Assembly: GCA_032718475.1 (NCBI GenBank)
Contig: JAUCBJ010002542.1
Span: forward strand, 1-41,041
DNA: 41,041 nucleotides
Direction: 5' to 3'
Source: Nemertoderma westbladi
Lineage: Eukaryota > Animalia > Xenacoelomorpha
Numbering within the stretch: position 1 is the first letter of the stretch; the number at the start of each line of letters is the position of its first letter. This document shows, piece by piece, positions 19,761 through 32,823 of the stretch. The notes under the pieces are model-generated. The model saw only the letters and a program-made list of their open reading frames with translations. It had not been told where the DNA came from and ran no database searches. The position numbers were made by a program, and so were the translations under genes.

Positions 19761-21009
19761 ATAACTCATTTATGAACTACTGTATGACGTGTCACGTCAC
19801 ACAGATTATTCTGAGTCATTACGGTTATGTCCAACTCCGCCGATTCTCCGCTCCACATCATTTGTATTGCATTTATAAAACATAATTTTACAGTATAAAT
19901 CATCAGGCTCTAAACAAAATTTTCTATGACTGTATGAGCAGTGAGCGCAGTCAGTGAGCTTGATACACTTATATACCGGTAGGTACTGTAATATTATTCA
20001 CAATTCGTTTACTTTTTATCTTTGATTGATTACCTCTTTCTGTCAGACTGCTGTTCACTTCTTATCTGCTTATCTGCCTATGTACAGTACAAATGTACTC
20101 GTACTGTAATTCGTCATTCAATAATAATGAATACTGTACTGTATGCATTGTATACCGGTCTGCCGGTACGATAGATACAGCGATAGACATATAGACGATG
20201 ACGATCCATGTTGTAAACTGTTGTAGCTGTTACATAGCCTACATACCTGCATGCATACAGCAGTACAGTCAGACAGTACAGCAGCAGATTGCTAGATTGA
20301 TATTGTTATGATTGATGAATATTCAGATATTATTATTTGAAATTGTTCCGAGATTGCTTTATTATTATTCAGTTATTATCAGATTATTATTAATAATTAT
20401 TATTATTAGTCCAGTAGGCCTACTGGCCTAGGCTGTTTGTGTTAGTAGGCCCTATTCAGCTATTACCTGATTACTGTATTAATACTGTACTGCTGTAGGC
20501 TGGTAGGCCTAATATATTACAGCAGTCAGGCAGTACAGGGTGAGGAAGCTAAACTTCAGAACTTATATCTTACATCAGCATACTCATACTGCAGTACTGC
20601 TGTCAGCTGTACTGGCATAATATTCAGATACACCGGTTGCCGGTATTACAGTATTAAGTTTAGTAGGCCTATGTCAGTATGTAGTAGGCCCACCGCCACC
20701 CACTGACCCACCATTCTGTTCTGCTATTACTGTATTAGGTCCTACTGACAGACTGAAATATCAGCATTAGCAGGTGATTTCAGTTAGCAGATTAGGCTGT
20801 TAGGAGGGTCCCCTATCTGCCTATCTATTTGACACTAGTGTCTACAGGCTGACAGGTCTAGGCGGCTAGGCCTATATATCTGTATATACACTGATAGCTA
20901 CTGACATACAGGTACGTTACATATACAATACAGCAATACTACTGCAATAATAGAGAAAACCCATAAATGGATTTTTTGTTAATTTATTGATTTCTATATT
21001 TTTGACAAA

Positions 21010-21340
21010 TACACAGACAGACTGACAGTGACAGACCAAGAGACATGGAGAGAGAGATAGACAGTTTAGATTTCGTCAAATCAGAAAAGTTACATATTAC
21101 AGTATTAATACAAATTTAATAGGCAGATAGCAGATAGGCCTACTATTAATACAAATTCTAAATAGTCTGATAGCAGGATAGTTCTGTAGTTTGTGCACTT
21201 TCTTAAATTTTAGCGGACAGACAGACATAATAACAGACTGACTGACTGACAGGTAGACAAAAGTGAAAACCGACATCGTAAGTGAAATCATCGGCAAGTA
21301 ATGAGTAAAACACCCCTTACTGCCTTACCAAAAAAATTGG
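21010..21340 (-). mobile_element. Possible DINE-1/Helentron-like non-autonomous element fragment
   Basis: Minus strand shows a T-run, then a short inverted pair (ggcagtaa...ttacttgcc), then (GTCA/GTCT)n microsatellite. Based on architecture only. Confidence 0.3.
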
Positions 21341-22010
21341 GTGGTGTGGTTTATTTATTTAGTTATATTTCTTGACAGACCGATATGTTAACATTGGGCC
21401 CATTTTTTTTTATTTTGTTCACAAAGAAACCCTTTTCCGGGGGGAACTCCCCCCAGAACAATAAACAATAGTCTTGCAAAATGATTTAGAAATAGAAATA
21501 ACACAAATAAGTGATATATTCTATATTCTATATACAGATATATATACCGGTACTCCTGGTAGGCCTATTTGGTCTGGCCTAATGCTTTTCAATGTAAAAT
21601 TTGGAAGCCTATAGGAGCGGACCAACTTTCCGTAGTATATTATACTCCTGGTATTTGGTCCCGTCTTAAGTAATCAATTATACTGAATGTACTGCAGTAC
21701 TGTACGTCTTCATTAATTGATTTCATTCAGTTGGTGTGTTGTGGTAATCAGATGTCGTATTGGCAGATTGGAAGAACAAACAGCTGGCCTTGAAGTAGGA
21801 TAAGTCTGGCAATACTGGAATAGCAAGTGATGTTCAGTATCAGTACTATACTATTAATATTTAGCTGGATCAAATTATTAATTACAGGTCCTGACCTGAG
21901 GGACCTGACATGAATATGTGGCCGAGATTAATGACAGTGGTAGTGGTACAGTACAGCAGTAAGTGTACAGTAAGCAGCAAGCAGGTAGTCTTAACTTTAA
22001 GGTTTTAACA

Positions 22011-22182
22011 TTGCCACCCCCCGAAATAGTATTTGGTCCGCAGACCAAGTACCAGTATATGGCCGTTTATTGACTTTGCTGCTTTGATTAGATTTGTTAA
22101 TTTTGAGTCTGCACCCCCCCCCCCCCCCCCCCCCCCTTCTGGCTCTGACCTCTCCGCTTGTGAAATTCTGGCTACGCCACTG
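22011..22182. mobile_element. hAT-like MITE end fragment
   Basis: ctggctacgccactg at 22168-22182 (reverse complement CAGTGGCGTAGCCAG) preceded by a poly-C run, as is typical of hAT-type MITE termini. No convincing partner TIR found. Confidence 0.45.
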
Positions 22183-22554
22183 GTCTGACGGGTACTGTCT
22201 GTCGACCTGATCTATAGGCCTAGTGTTGATTTTTTTTAAAAATAGTTTGATCAGTTTGAATAGCCTAAAGCAGTGAAGCCTACAACCAGACAACAAGGCT
22301 GCAAGAAAGACTGCACAATTGAATTGACATATCTCATTTTCGATTTCTGGACACTACAACGCCCCGAACCGAACGAACAATTGGCATCAATCGATTCTCA
22401 ATAGCCAACACTGCAATTACAATATACCGTGGCACTTTCTGCCTATAGGCATATGCGTTACATGTATAAAAAAATACATTCAATTTAAAACAAAAGGTGA
22501 AACAGATTCCGAATTTGCTTCTTTGTTCTTCTCATTTCGCATACGGCTGTCAGG

Positions 22555-23275
<721 letters not shown>

Positions 23276-23533
23276 TCTATATTATAGTCGGTTTATATTT
23301 AATTTTTAGTGGAAGAGTATTATTTATTTATTTATGGAGCGGGTAATTTATTATATGCGGCGCCCGTGAAAAATTAGACTTATCGATATCTAAGTTATTT
23401 TAATATAATAATATATTGAGGAAGGTGGCCAGTTATCTTTATATATAATTGTAAGAACCTAATAGAATGCTGTTAATATTTAATAATTAATATTGATACT
23501 CTTCCACTAGCTACTTAGATAGCTCGCTAATTA

Positions 23534-23557
23534 AATAAACGTTTTGTCCTCAATAAA
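23534..23557 (+). terminator. Candidate Rab6 polyadenylation signals
   Basis: AATAAA at 23534 and 23552, about 260 nt after the stop, with a GT-rich stretch at ~23638-23665. Confidence 0.45.
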
Positions 23558-24974
23558 TCCGACGAAGAAACGCAACCCATGCGAACGTGTTCGACCCTCA
23601 CTCACTTTCCTATAATATATATTAATTCCCTTTTTTTATGGTTGTGTTTTTTCTTGGTGTAATTTATTGTATTACAGTTCAGTGGAGGAGTATAAATTTG
23701 GAATTGTTTAATAAGTTAATTTTAATTTACTTTCATATGTTCCATTTATGAAATTATCATCCATGTCCGTATATTTGAAAGCCTCTATTTTCGCAACAAT
23801 TCCTTGTAATACTAATTGAACCCACAATCAGTATGTTGGCTCAGCAATTTGTTGATTCAGTTTTGAATCAGTCTTATAAATTCCGTTGACGAGAAATGTC
23901 GATGCGTCGACGCACAAGTAGTTTGTTATCGATAAATAACGAATTTGCTTTGGGGTGGGGTGGGTAGCACCCCCCCCCCCCCCCTATTTTGCAAATTTTC
24001 AAAAAACCTTTTTTTATCCTATCTGGAGCCGAATTTAATTGAGAGTTCAAATCTGCAAGCTGTTTTCTCATATCTTTTCTCAAACTCAAGTTATTACCCA
24101 AAACGTAAAAGCTAGTCTGATTTTTGCCTTCGAGCAGCACTATATTTTACAATTGTTTTCATAAAAAAGTCTCTCACGGTACAGACAGATTAGTGTTTAA
24201 ACCGTTTGGACCGTAAAACGTTTGAAGCGGGATCCCGAAGTATAAATAGTGAAGTAAATTTGTTGAATATTTGATAAATAGATGCAACAGAACGGTGGAG
24301 TGATAATCCCGGAAAACCTGAAAAGTCAGATCCCATTAAAACACTAGTACAGATATGAAAAAAATTGCTAACAAGTTGTTTTACAAGTTATATATTTAGG
24401 AAGCATGAATAATTTCGTTGAATTTCAATCATTGTTGACAAAATTATTGTTGAGCAAAAAAATATGGTATTATCTAAAATAGCGGGAAGGTTTGTATTGT
24501 TCCTTAAACTTTAAACACCCATATCTCAGAATGACGTTTTTTCATTAAAAAATATTGTCATTCCTTAATTGATAACCCTTAATAAATAAAAGCGCCCTTC
24601 CCTTAATTGGTAATTCAACATTGAGACGAGATATTAATTCGCCGAGATGGGATTTGCGTGTAGCGAGGTAATTTTTGTGGGTTTTTGATGTCGACAAATC
24701 TAATGGGCTGGCTGAAATACCATCGTTTAGTGGAGAATCTGTGTTAATAAGCTTCAGAATGTAACAGCCAAACGATAGTAAAACTTAGTAAATTATTATA
24801 CAAATTTAATTTGCTGAAACTAAATGGGTAACTATGTAGTAGTGCGTAATTCAGTCAATCAATAGTCATTAGAGTAAAGTTTGGTATCAAAAAATTTGGG
24901 TATGATCTCATCAATAATTACATTGTTGCTATGTAAAATCCATGTTGCTACTAGGAAAGAAACATGAAATTAAA

Positions 24975-25170
24975 GTGTGGGGCGAGCCACGAAAGTAAGC
25001 GAGCTTAGCATACCGATACCACTAACTCAATCGATGTGTCTGTCGTTCTGTTGTGTCCAATTTTAAACGTCAATAACTCAGCCAAATCTTATCGAAATCT
25101 ATCCAAACTTAGCACACGTGTAGTCTGGCCAAAGTTTAGAAATTTTCCAAGTTGAATTTGCGTGTGGCCT
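24975..25170 (+). mobile_element. Possible DINE-1/Helentron-like element fragment
   Basis: gcgagc...gcgagctt, then a degenerate (GTCT) tract, then caataactcagccaaatcttatcgaaatctatccaaacttagcacac, which resembles such elements' core. Weak evidence. Confidence 0.3.
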
Positions 25171-25415
25171 TCGAGAAGCAGTTATAAAGAAGCAGAATAT
25201 CAGTTAATTAATTAAATTAAAATTAAAGAAGTTGGTTAGGGTAAAAACAGCATTTTCAACATGAATTTTAATGGAAATAAATTTATTTATAGTATAAGAT
25301 ATGAATAATATACTTAAACATTATACAGCTGTAATCCCCATACCACATTCCATTATAGTTTTTAATTAGTTCGAGTTCCCCGTCAGTTGTCGCTCTACAC
25401 TAGCTCCCTTATTTC

Positions 25416-25550
25416 AATAGGAAATATAGGCTATCTTTTTGGAGTTATTTTCTGAGTATTTGGAGTCTTTTTGGAGTTATTATAGTTGTTTTCTCATTTA
25501 ATCACCAGGGCAGAAATATAACTCTAAAAAGATAGCCTATATTTCCTATT
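25416..25550. mobile_element. 135-bp MITE/foldback with ~39-bp terminal inverted repeats
   Basis: aataggaaatataggctatctttttggagttattttctg versus cagaaatataactctaaaaagatagcctatatttcctatt (1 mismatch, 1 indel). Confidence 0.8.
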
Positions 25551-25679
25551 TACGATGAATGCCCTAAAATCGGCTTGCCGCGGACTGAATGTTTTCCCTT
25601 ATTTCAAGACATCCTTGCTATTGCCTAGCCTAACTGGGATATATACAGTCCAACTACCAGCTCACCACTACTCATTAGG

Positions 25680-25725
25680 CAGCAATGTAATGAGCCAGAC
25701 TACAGCAATGTAATGAGCCAGACTA
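25680..25725. repeat. Perfect 23-bp tandem duplication
   Basis: cagcaatgtaatgagccagacta x2. Confidence 0.95.
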
Positions 25726-25770
25726 ATAAGAGAGCTTAACCTTGCTTATTGTGTTTGGCTGAGTATTTAA

Positions 25771-26861
25771 CACGTTAGCTGCGGATTGAGCACCGGTGCA
25801 CAATTCGTGTTTTAACTTTACTGCGGCAGGTTTTACTCCCTGACAACTTCTTACTGCGGATTGAGCACCGGTGAACATGACCTGTACAACCCTGTAGTCC
25901 GGACCTATTTTGGCTTGACTAACCCTTAGTGCGGAGGCTATAAGTTGAGCACCGGTGCTCAAATACATCAGCTGTTGTCATATTCGGTATCTGTGACCTT
26001 TGTATGACTCATATATATATTTTTTTTTGGGTTTGTGCACCGGTGCACAATCCGCACTACACAAGTGCCAGTGCGGATTGAGCGCCGGTGCTCAATATTT
26101 TCACTTATATAAATATGGCGGGATTTTTAAAAATGCTCTACTGTAGCATTAGCATTTCTGCTATTAGGCCTATTTGATTTAGTTTACTCATTATTAGTTC
26201 AGCAATAACTGTCTTGTTTACTTTTCATGTATTAATTTATATTACATGATCAAATGTGCTGTAACAATAACAATGTTATTTGATATTGTTTTACTTTATA
26301 AATGTTTTAAACCCAAAATAATTTATGGTGGTTGGGGGGGGGGGGGGGGGTGGGGGGGTCGTTAAACTGCAAACATTATCTACTATGGGGTTACCCCCTG
26401 AGATTTCGAAAGTGGCCAAAAGTAATAGTGATGTTTAATAAGTTTACTAATGTGATGGGATAATTATTGGTACAGTTTTGGAAATTGTTAACCCTGTAAG
26501 AGTAAAATCATAAAAATATATAAAATTTCGATGAAATTCAAACCACTATCTCTGGCCTGGAAGGAGCTATTGAGATGCGGTTTTTTCTATGGTGGTTCTC
26601 CATTGTCTTATAAATACAATGATTGTGAATTTGAGCACCGGTGCCCAAAGGAATTCCCACAAAATGTAATTAACAAAAAGTAATTTGTTGAGCACCGGCG
26701 CACAATCTGCAGTTGAGGAACTGCACAGGAATGTTCACCGGTGCACAATCCGCACTAACTAAACGCCAAGCTTCAAATCTTGCCGCAGTCATGGAACAGC
26801 AGATCCGGTGCACAATCCGCAGTAACAAAGAACCAGTGGTTTCGGAGCCGCTGCTAACGTG
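25771..26861. mobile_element. Non-autonomous piggyBac-type DNA transposon (1,091 bp)
   Basis: TTAA on both sides (25767-25770 and 26862-26865). TIRs CACGTTAGCTGCGG / CCGCTGCTAACGTG (13/14 match). Nine subterminal near-palindromic TTGAGCACCGGTGCACAA-type motifs. No transposase ORF. Confidence 0.88.
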
Positions 26862-27999
26862 TTAATCGTGATTCTTTAGAATAATTAGCTAAATAATTTC
26901 GTTGAGGCGTTGACATGATAAATTAATATCTCATTATCAATCAATACTATCAGCATCTTTAATTATTTTTGTTATAAATTTGTGCCGTTTGTTTATTTGA
27001 GAATCACTTCCAGTTGTATTTTGTGTTATATTAAAAATAAATATAACATATTATTTTTAAAAAACAAATTTCCTGATAATACCTGCCCTTCATCAATCCT
27101 GTGTCCGCCTTTGGGTTGGGGTGGTGCAGATTAAGAGGGAGGTTGAAGGGATGGGGGGGGGGGGGTCTTTATTCCCCTCTCTTTAATCTACTGGTGTTTG
27201 TTTAAATTTCTTAAATACCGAGTTTGTGATACAGTAGAATCGCTCAATGTTAATCTGTATCTCATAACTAAACCTCGTGCTGCGCGAAGGCCTCACGAAC
27301 GTGTCAATATAGTCAACATTTTTGGAGTAGGGGAACGTCGCTATACGCGCGGTAAATAAAATATCTCAAGTATAGTGAAAATATTGTTCTACATTATTTA
27401 CCATGGAATAAATAATTATTATTACTTTAATTTTATATATTTGTAGCTCTATTTCATTATTTTATCTCACACTATTAATATCCCATTATCTGTCTTATCA
27501 TTCTCGGCATTTAAAAATTTGCTAACACATTTCAGTATACAATGAAGAATCTTTTATATTCATCAATCGCAAATCACAACTAATTTTATCAGTACTGTAT
27601 TAGGATAACTACATATTATATTAGGTACTCCATCTCGTCCTTGCCTTGTTTAAAATCTAATTTAATAAGCTATTAAACGATAATATAAATAATACTTACG
27701 ACACCGGTAATAATTTTATTAATTAATTTCATTGCAAAATTAACATAGAAACCAATGTTGGACTGACAGTCAGTAATTATAAATCATATTCCTAATTTTA
27801 ATATAGATTTAAATATGAATAATATTACATTAAGTTAATTCACTACTTATTAGGCCTACTAATGTAGCACAATCATTTGTGTAATATTTAATTAAACATT
27901 ATTAGTAGTATCATAAGCAGCCCCAATGTAGCTATAAATTGAGCTACTTTTGTGACCATTCTAGAGATTCTACAGTTTGTTTCTTACGGTAATTTAGTT

Positions 28000-30900
28000 T
28001 TAATTGCACCACTTCTCGTCGCTGTTGTCATAGCAATCGCGTATACCGTCGCATCTCCAGCCAATCGGAATACACCTCGAGCGGTCCGAACACGAAACCT
28101 CGGCGCTCGGCAGACAGACTACTGGTGTGGCGCAACCGAGTTCGTCTTCACCGCCGGCACAGTCTGGCACAGAGTTACAACGGCGGTCGTAGGTGAGGCA
28201 CTTAATCTCGCTCGCACATGGGTAGTAGGTTGTCAGACACTTAGTTGGGCATCCGACTTCGTCTGACTCGTCGCCGCAATCTGCCGTACCATCACAAACC
28301 CACGACTCTATAATACAAGCGGAGCCGTCCAAACAACCCTTGTAACCAGGGTTACAGTGCAGCGTCGGAGTGGGTGACACTGCCACATTGTCGTCAATGT
28401 CACAACCAACTTCGTCGCTTGCATCCTTGCAGTCAATGAACTTATTGCAACGGCCTGATATATGAACACATTGAGGCAACATTTGACATTGAAATTGGTA
28501 AGTAGTGCATTTAACAAACAGTGGGCGAGTTGCTGGTGTATTGTGGTGGTTTGTGTAAGTTGTAGTTGGAATTGTAGTAATGGGCATTGTCGTTGGTGTT
28601 GTTACTTGTAGATTTGTTGTTGACATGACTTCTAGTGTTGTCGAATATTGCTGAGGAGTTGTGGTTTCATCTGTAGTGCTTGGACACTCAAGTTCGTCCT
28701 CACTGTCTTCACAATCGAACATTCCATCACATATCCAACCTAGTGGTATGCATTTCCCGCTGCTGCATCGGAACTCACCATCGTAGCAAACTACATCATC
28801 GCAGTTGCTTTCATCGGTACCGCTGGCACAATCTGAATAACCATCGCAGCGCCATGCACGAGGTATGCAATCTGATATGTCCAATGAACCATTGATGCAT
28901 TGGATAGCATCATTAGGACAAATAGTTGCTGCTGTGTTAGGTGTTTCTGCTGGGGTAGTGCTACTAATTAATGTAAATGTTTTATTACAGTTGATCTCAT
29001 CGGACATGTCACTGCAGTCATCATCACCGTCGCATACCCAGTCAAGAGGGATGCATTTCCTCAAATTATGACAGGTGAACTCAGTTTCGGTGTTACATTC
29101 CACGTCTGGACATTCCTTTTCATCTGACGCATCCGAACAGTCGTCATCTCCGTCGCAAACCCAAAGCGCATGGATACAGTTTCCACTTAAGCAACTGAAT
29201 TCAGTTTCATTGTTACACAGGCCCTCGGGACAATCATGTTCATCTGAAGCATCTAAACAGTCAAAATCTCCATCACAAATCCATAATTCGGGAACACAGT
29301 TTCCATTTCCGCATTGGTGTTCCCCTAAATTGCACTCACTTGAAGTACAATTATTCTCATCGCTGCCATCAACGCAATCCTGAAATGAATCACAAACCCA
29401 TGCTATAGGGATGCAGAGTGAAGACTGGACACACTCAAAATATTCCTCATCGCAACCATTATTGGGTGAGGGATTACTATCTTCGCAACCATATTCATCT
29501 GCCCCTTCAATGCAGTCACTCATCCCATCACATTTCCACTCTATAGGAATGCAAAGGAACCCGTCCCCGCAACTAAACTGTGTTGAGTTGTTGCATTCAA
29601 TAGTAGGTGGACAAAGAGTCTCATCTGATGAATCGTGACAGTCGCTCACTCCATCACAGATTCCATTAGAGGGTACACATAGAACCTCGCCATCATTAAC
29701 GCAAATTAAACCATCATCACAAGGTAGCAGACACTCCACTGCGGCTCCAATAAGCACACCAGCGGCTGACACCCTCGAAACACATTCACATTCTTGCTCC
29801 CCATAAGGAACTATCATTCCAATGCTTAAGATATGATTCTCAAATAAACAGGTGTAATCTTCACATACCGGGCAACATTCTCCAGTGTGATATACTATAT
29901 TTCCACATGTTGGATCTATGTCGCATTCAAACTCACATGATGAACCTGATCTCTCAATTTCAATATAAACATCGCGCAAAATATCTTTAAGAATCTCTTC
30001 GTAATCCCGAATTACATTCGCGGTGTATTTCAACAGACGCAAAAGGTTATAAGAGTCAGTAATCTCCATCATATCGTGTTCACGAAAGACTCCAAATATA
30101 TTCTTCAACGCAATTCCGGTTGTTTTTCTGTTCTCAATTTTGCTATCATACACATTCTGAACATCATCATCGGAAGTACTCGGAATATTTTTGCATCCAA
30201 ACATCATCACTGCCAACTCCTCATTCAACTCATGTATTTCTTCGATAATGCTCTTTAGTTCCTGGTTGATAAAGTCAACCCTTATTTGTACAATATAGAG
30301 GGAATTTGAAAAATTATCTATTGTGCTATCTTCAGTAATAATGGCGATTTTTGTGAACAATTCCTGTGTTGCGGTTATTAAGATATTTACATCAATTTCG
30401 TTCTGCTGTTTTGGCCGCAACGAAATACCATACAATGATAAAAAACTATCAAATAATTCTAAATTATCCTTTAAAGTTAGTAATTGCTGAAAGAAATATG
30501 CGTATCGATTTATACTGTTGTGGTTGTCATTTTGCTTTCCACTAAAACTGCCTAAAGTGTTGCTGCGATCCATATCAGCCATGATTTCCTTAATATCTTC
30601 ATATACGTTTCTGACATGTATATTGGATGCCTCCAGATTCCCACTTATAGCTCTCATTCGTGTCTCCAGCTTATAAACTGCATCAGAAAATTCTATCTGC
30701 GAATCTCCGCAATTTTTGCAAAGTGCCTCATCACTATCATCTCGGCAATCGGTAACCCCATTGCAAATGTTTTCAAAGTCAATGCAATCTCCATTAACGC
30801 ACTGACCTTGAGGACATTGCTGTAGGCAGTCGATTTCATCCTCACCACCTTCACAATTGTAAAACCCATCGCAAATAGCAAATTCATTGACGCATTTCCC

Positions 30901-31887
30901 ATCGGTGCAAGTAAAATCGGTGGAGGTACAATTGCAATCGATTTCATCTGAATTATCAGAACACTGCGAGATTTTATCACACTTCTTATGCAAGTTTATA
31001 CACTCCCCACTCCTGCAAGTGAACTGTGTAGTTGCGCATTTATTATCAGTACACGCGAACTCATCTTGCCCTGACGGGCAATCCTTAACAAAGTCGCACC
31101 AGTGACTGGCTGGGATACACGGGCCATGAATAACATCACAAGGTACTTCTTCGTATTGGCACTCTACGCAAAATAACTCGTCCTCCCCACCCGAACAATT
31201 TTCTATTCCATCACACCTTGCGGAATCTTGATAGCAATGCCCGTTGTTACATGCCCGGGCGCCCTCGGCACACAACCCATTGCAATTTAGTTCATCGTCA
31301 GCTTCTCTATCCGCATTAGATAAACAATCGACTAAGCCGTTGCACCTAAATATATTATCGATACAGCTCCCATTGCCGCATTGGAATTTGAATGGACCGC
31401 ATGCAATACCAGTGCAATTCGCTTCATCACTGGCATCAACACAATCAGCAAATATGTTGCATCGTTTGGCAATAGGTAGACACTTACCATCAGAAACGCA
31501 GTTAAATTCCAAAACAGCATCACAATGTTCGTGAGCTGCATTCAAATGAACATTTGTTGATTGGATTAACAACGATGTTGATGTAAAGGAAGTTTCATGC
31601 ACTGCCTCGTGAACCTCATTGGCCACATGCGGAGTTGGAGAGTTGCTAATTTTAATAACCGGTATCGTTACCTGAGAGGTCATGTTGTAATTCACAGGGG
31701 AGGTAGTCACAGGCGGTGTTGTTGACGTAGCTTTGATATCAGGATTTATTGCTACTATTGGAATGCCGTTACTCACAGACGAGGTAATCACTGATGGTGT
31801 CGATGAGTTTTCGACTGGATATTGTGACCCAAATGTTGTCGCATTTGATTGCTTGTTGGATATTTTAGTTCTATTTCCATCAGAGGT
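28000..31887 (-). CDS. Terminal exon (3,888 nt) of a secreted LDL-receptor class A repeat protein
   Basis: Acceptor ttatttttCAG|ACC at 31888/31887, in frame with the 1263-aa ORF. Architecture: Ser/Thr-rich region, 7 LDLa repeats, ~260-aa helical region, vWC-like GECCPVC module, 8 LDLa, Thr-rich linker, 4 LDLa, stop. No YWTD, TM or NPxY. Confidence 0.92.
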   Translation of the reverse strand, partial: TSDGNRTKISNKQSNATTFGSQYPVENSSTPSVITSSVSNGIPIVAINPDIKATSTTPPVTTSPVNYNMTSQVTIPVIKISNSPTPHVANEVHEAVHETSFTSTSLLIQSTNVHLNAAHEHCDAVLEFNCVSDGKCLPIAKRCNIFADCVDASDEANCTGIACGPFKFQCGNGSCIDNIFRCNGLVDCLSNADREADDELNCNGLCAEGARACNNGHCYQDSARCDGIENCSGGEDELFCVECQYEEVPCDVIHGPCIPASHWCDFVKDCPSGQDEFACTDNKCATTQFTCRSGECINLHKKCDKISQCSDNSDEIDCNCTSTDFTCTDGKCVNEFAICDGFYNCEGGEDEIDCLQQCPQGQCVNGDCIDFENICNGVTDCRDDSDEALCKNCGDSQIEFSDAVYKLETRMRAISGNLEASNIHVRNVYEDIKEIMADMDRSNTLGSFSGKQNDNHNSINRYAYFFQQLLTLKDNLELFDSFLSLYGISLRPKQQNEIDVNILITATQELFTKIAIITEDSTIDNFSNSLYIVQIRVDFINQELKSIIEEIHELNEELAVMMFGCKNIPSTSDDDVQNVYDSKIENRKTTGIALKNIFGVFREHDMMEITDSYNLLRLLKYTANVIRDYEEILKDILRDVYIEIERSGSSCEFECDIDPTCGNIVYHTGECCPVCEDYTCLFENHILSIGMIVPYGEQECECVSRVSAAGVLIGAAVECLLPCDDGLICVNDGEVLCVPSNGICDGVSDCHDSSDETLCPPTIECNNSTQFSCGDGFLCIPIEWKCDGMSDCIEGADEYGCEDSNPSPNNGCDEEYFECVQSSLCIPIAWVCDSFQDCVDGSDENNCTSSECNLGEHQCGNGNCVPELWICDGDFDCLDASDEHDCPEGLCNNETEFSCLSGNCIHALWVCDGDDDCSDASDEKECPDVECNTETEFTCHNLRKCIPLDWVCDGDDDCSDMSDEINCNKTFTLISSTTPAETPNTAATICPNDAIQCINGSLDISDCIPRAWRCDGYSDCASGTDESNCDDVVCYDGEFRCSSGKCIPLGWICDGMFDCEDSEDELECPSTTDETTTPQQYSTTLEVMSTTNLQVTTPTTMPITTIPTTTYTNHHNTPATRPLFVKCTTYQFQCQMLPQCVHISGRCNKFIDCKDASDEVGCDIDDNVAVSPTPTLHCNPGYKGCLDGSACIIESWVCDGTADCGDESDEVGCPTKCLTTYYPCASEIKCLTYDRRCNSVPDCAGGEDELGCATPVVCLPSAEVSCSDRSRCIPIGWRCDGIRDCYDNSDEKWCN

Positions 31888-32229
31888 CTGAAAAATAATG
31901 TAATTTTTCTCTATTATTAATAATGTAATTATAATTAATTATCTTTAACCGAAAATTAATGGAAACATTATCACTATTTACTCAAACATAATAATTTTAA
32001 TAATATTATTAGAACACACAACACAGTAACACAAATTCAGTTTTGTAAAGTGCCCTTACGGGTATTAGTGATATATTTTTTTTAGTAACTCGAACGTAAT
32101 TATCTAGGTTTACTTTCATACTTTTTATTATTTTATATTTCATTTATGTTCCATTAAGCCATAATATTAATATAATTATTATATTAATCAATATAACGAA
32201 ATATATTTTATTTTTAAATAGTTTCTTAT

Positions 32230-32292
32230 CTGTTTCCCATCTGAAGTTTGGGGGTTCAGCTGGTGTGGTACAACGCCCTCATCTTGCCCTAT
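32230..32292 (-). other. 63-nt exon-like segment with non-canonical (AT) donor
   Basis: Acceptor ttcttcttgttacaaTAG|ATA, then 21 open codons (IGQDEGVVPHQLNPQTSDGKQ), ending CAG|ATAAGA. Phase 0/0, matching the flanking exons. GC-richer than its surroundings. Confidence 0.5.
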
Positions 32293-32823
32293 CTATTGTA
32301 ACAAGAAGAATAAAGTTCGACGTACTATATTATTTCTCTAAAAGCGAACACTTGTTTGCTGTATTATTTCCCTGAAAGGTGATTTTTATGGTTTTGTGAA
32401 ATACATTAAGTTCCAGTTGATTGTCAATCAACGTGCAAAATCTCAGGCTTTTAGATTATTTTTATAGATACAGAACATATTGTTAGTGACAAGTGACGAA
32501 AGATATCAGTCAACGATTGTATAATTGAATGATTGTGCATTTACCAAATTTTCCGACACGGCTAATTCATTTAGTGAATACATTTACTGACTACAGACGC
32601 TAAAGTCGAAAGTCGCGCGTATGTTCATCGTTTGAGGGAACTACACCCCAGGACCCATCAACTTCACTTATACGTACTGTAAATGATAGACCCACTTCGT
32701 CTCTAGGGAAAACGAAGCAAAATAACAACTGATTACACCAAAAAATAAAACTGTAACAACACTTATTCTATTGACATTAGTTTATTGTTTTAGTTAGAAT
32801 AACGTGGCATCGGTTATGTTACC

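Noticed and set aside
27952-31541. Plus-strand ORFs over the LDLa gene
   Set aside because: Antisense shadows of Cys/Asp-rich repeats.
32752-32823. TGTAAC at 32752 as the LTR terminus, or CATCG/CACCG as a TSD
   Set aside because: Flank at 32752 (AAAAC) does not match the right flank (CACCG). The CATCG option has a mismatch and lacks a TG terminus. Left unresolved.
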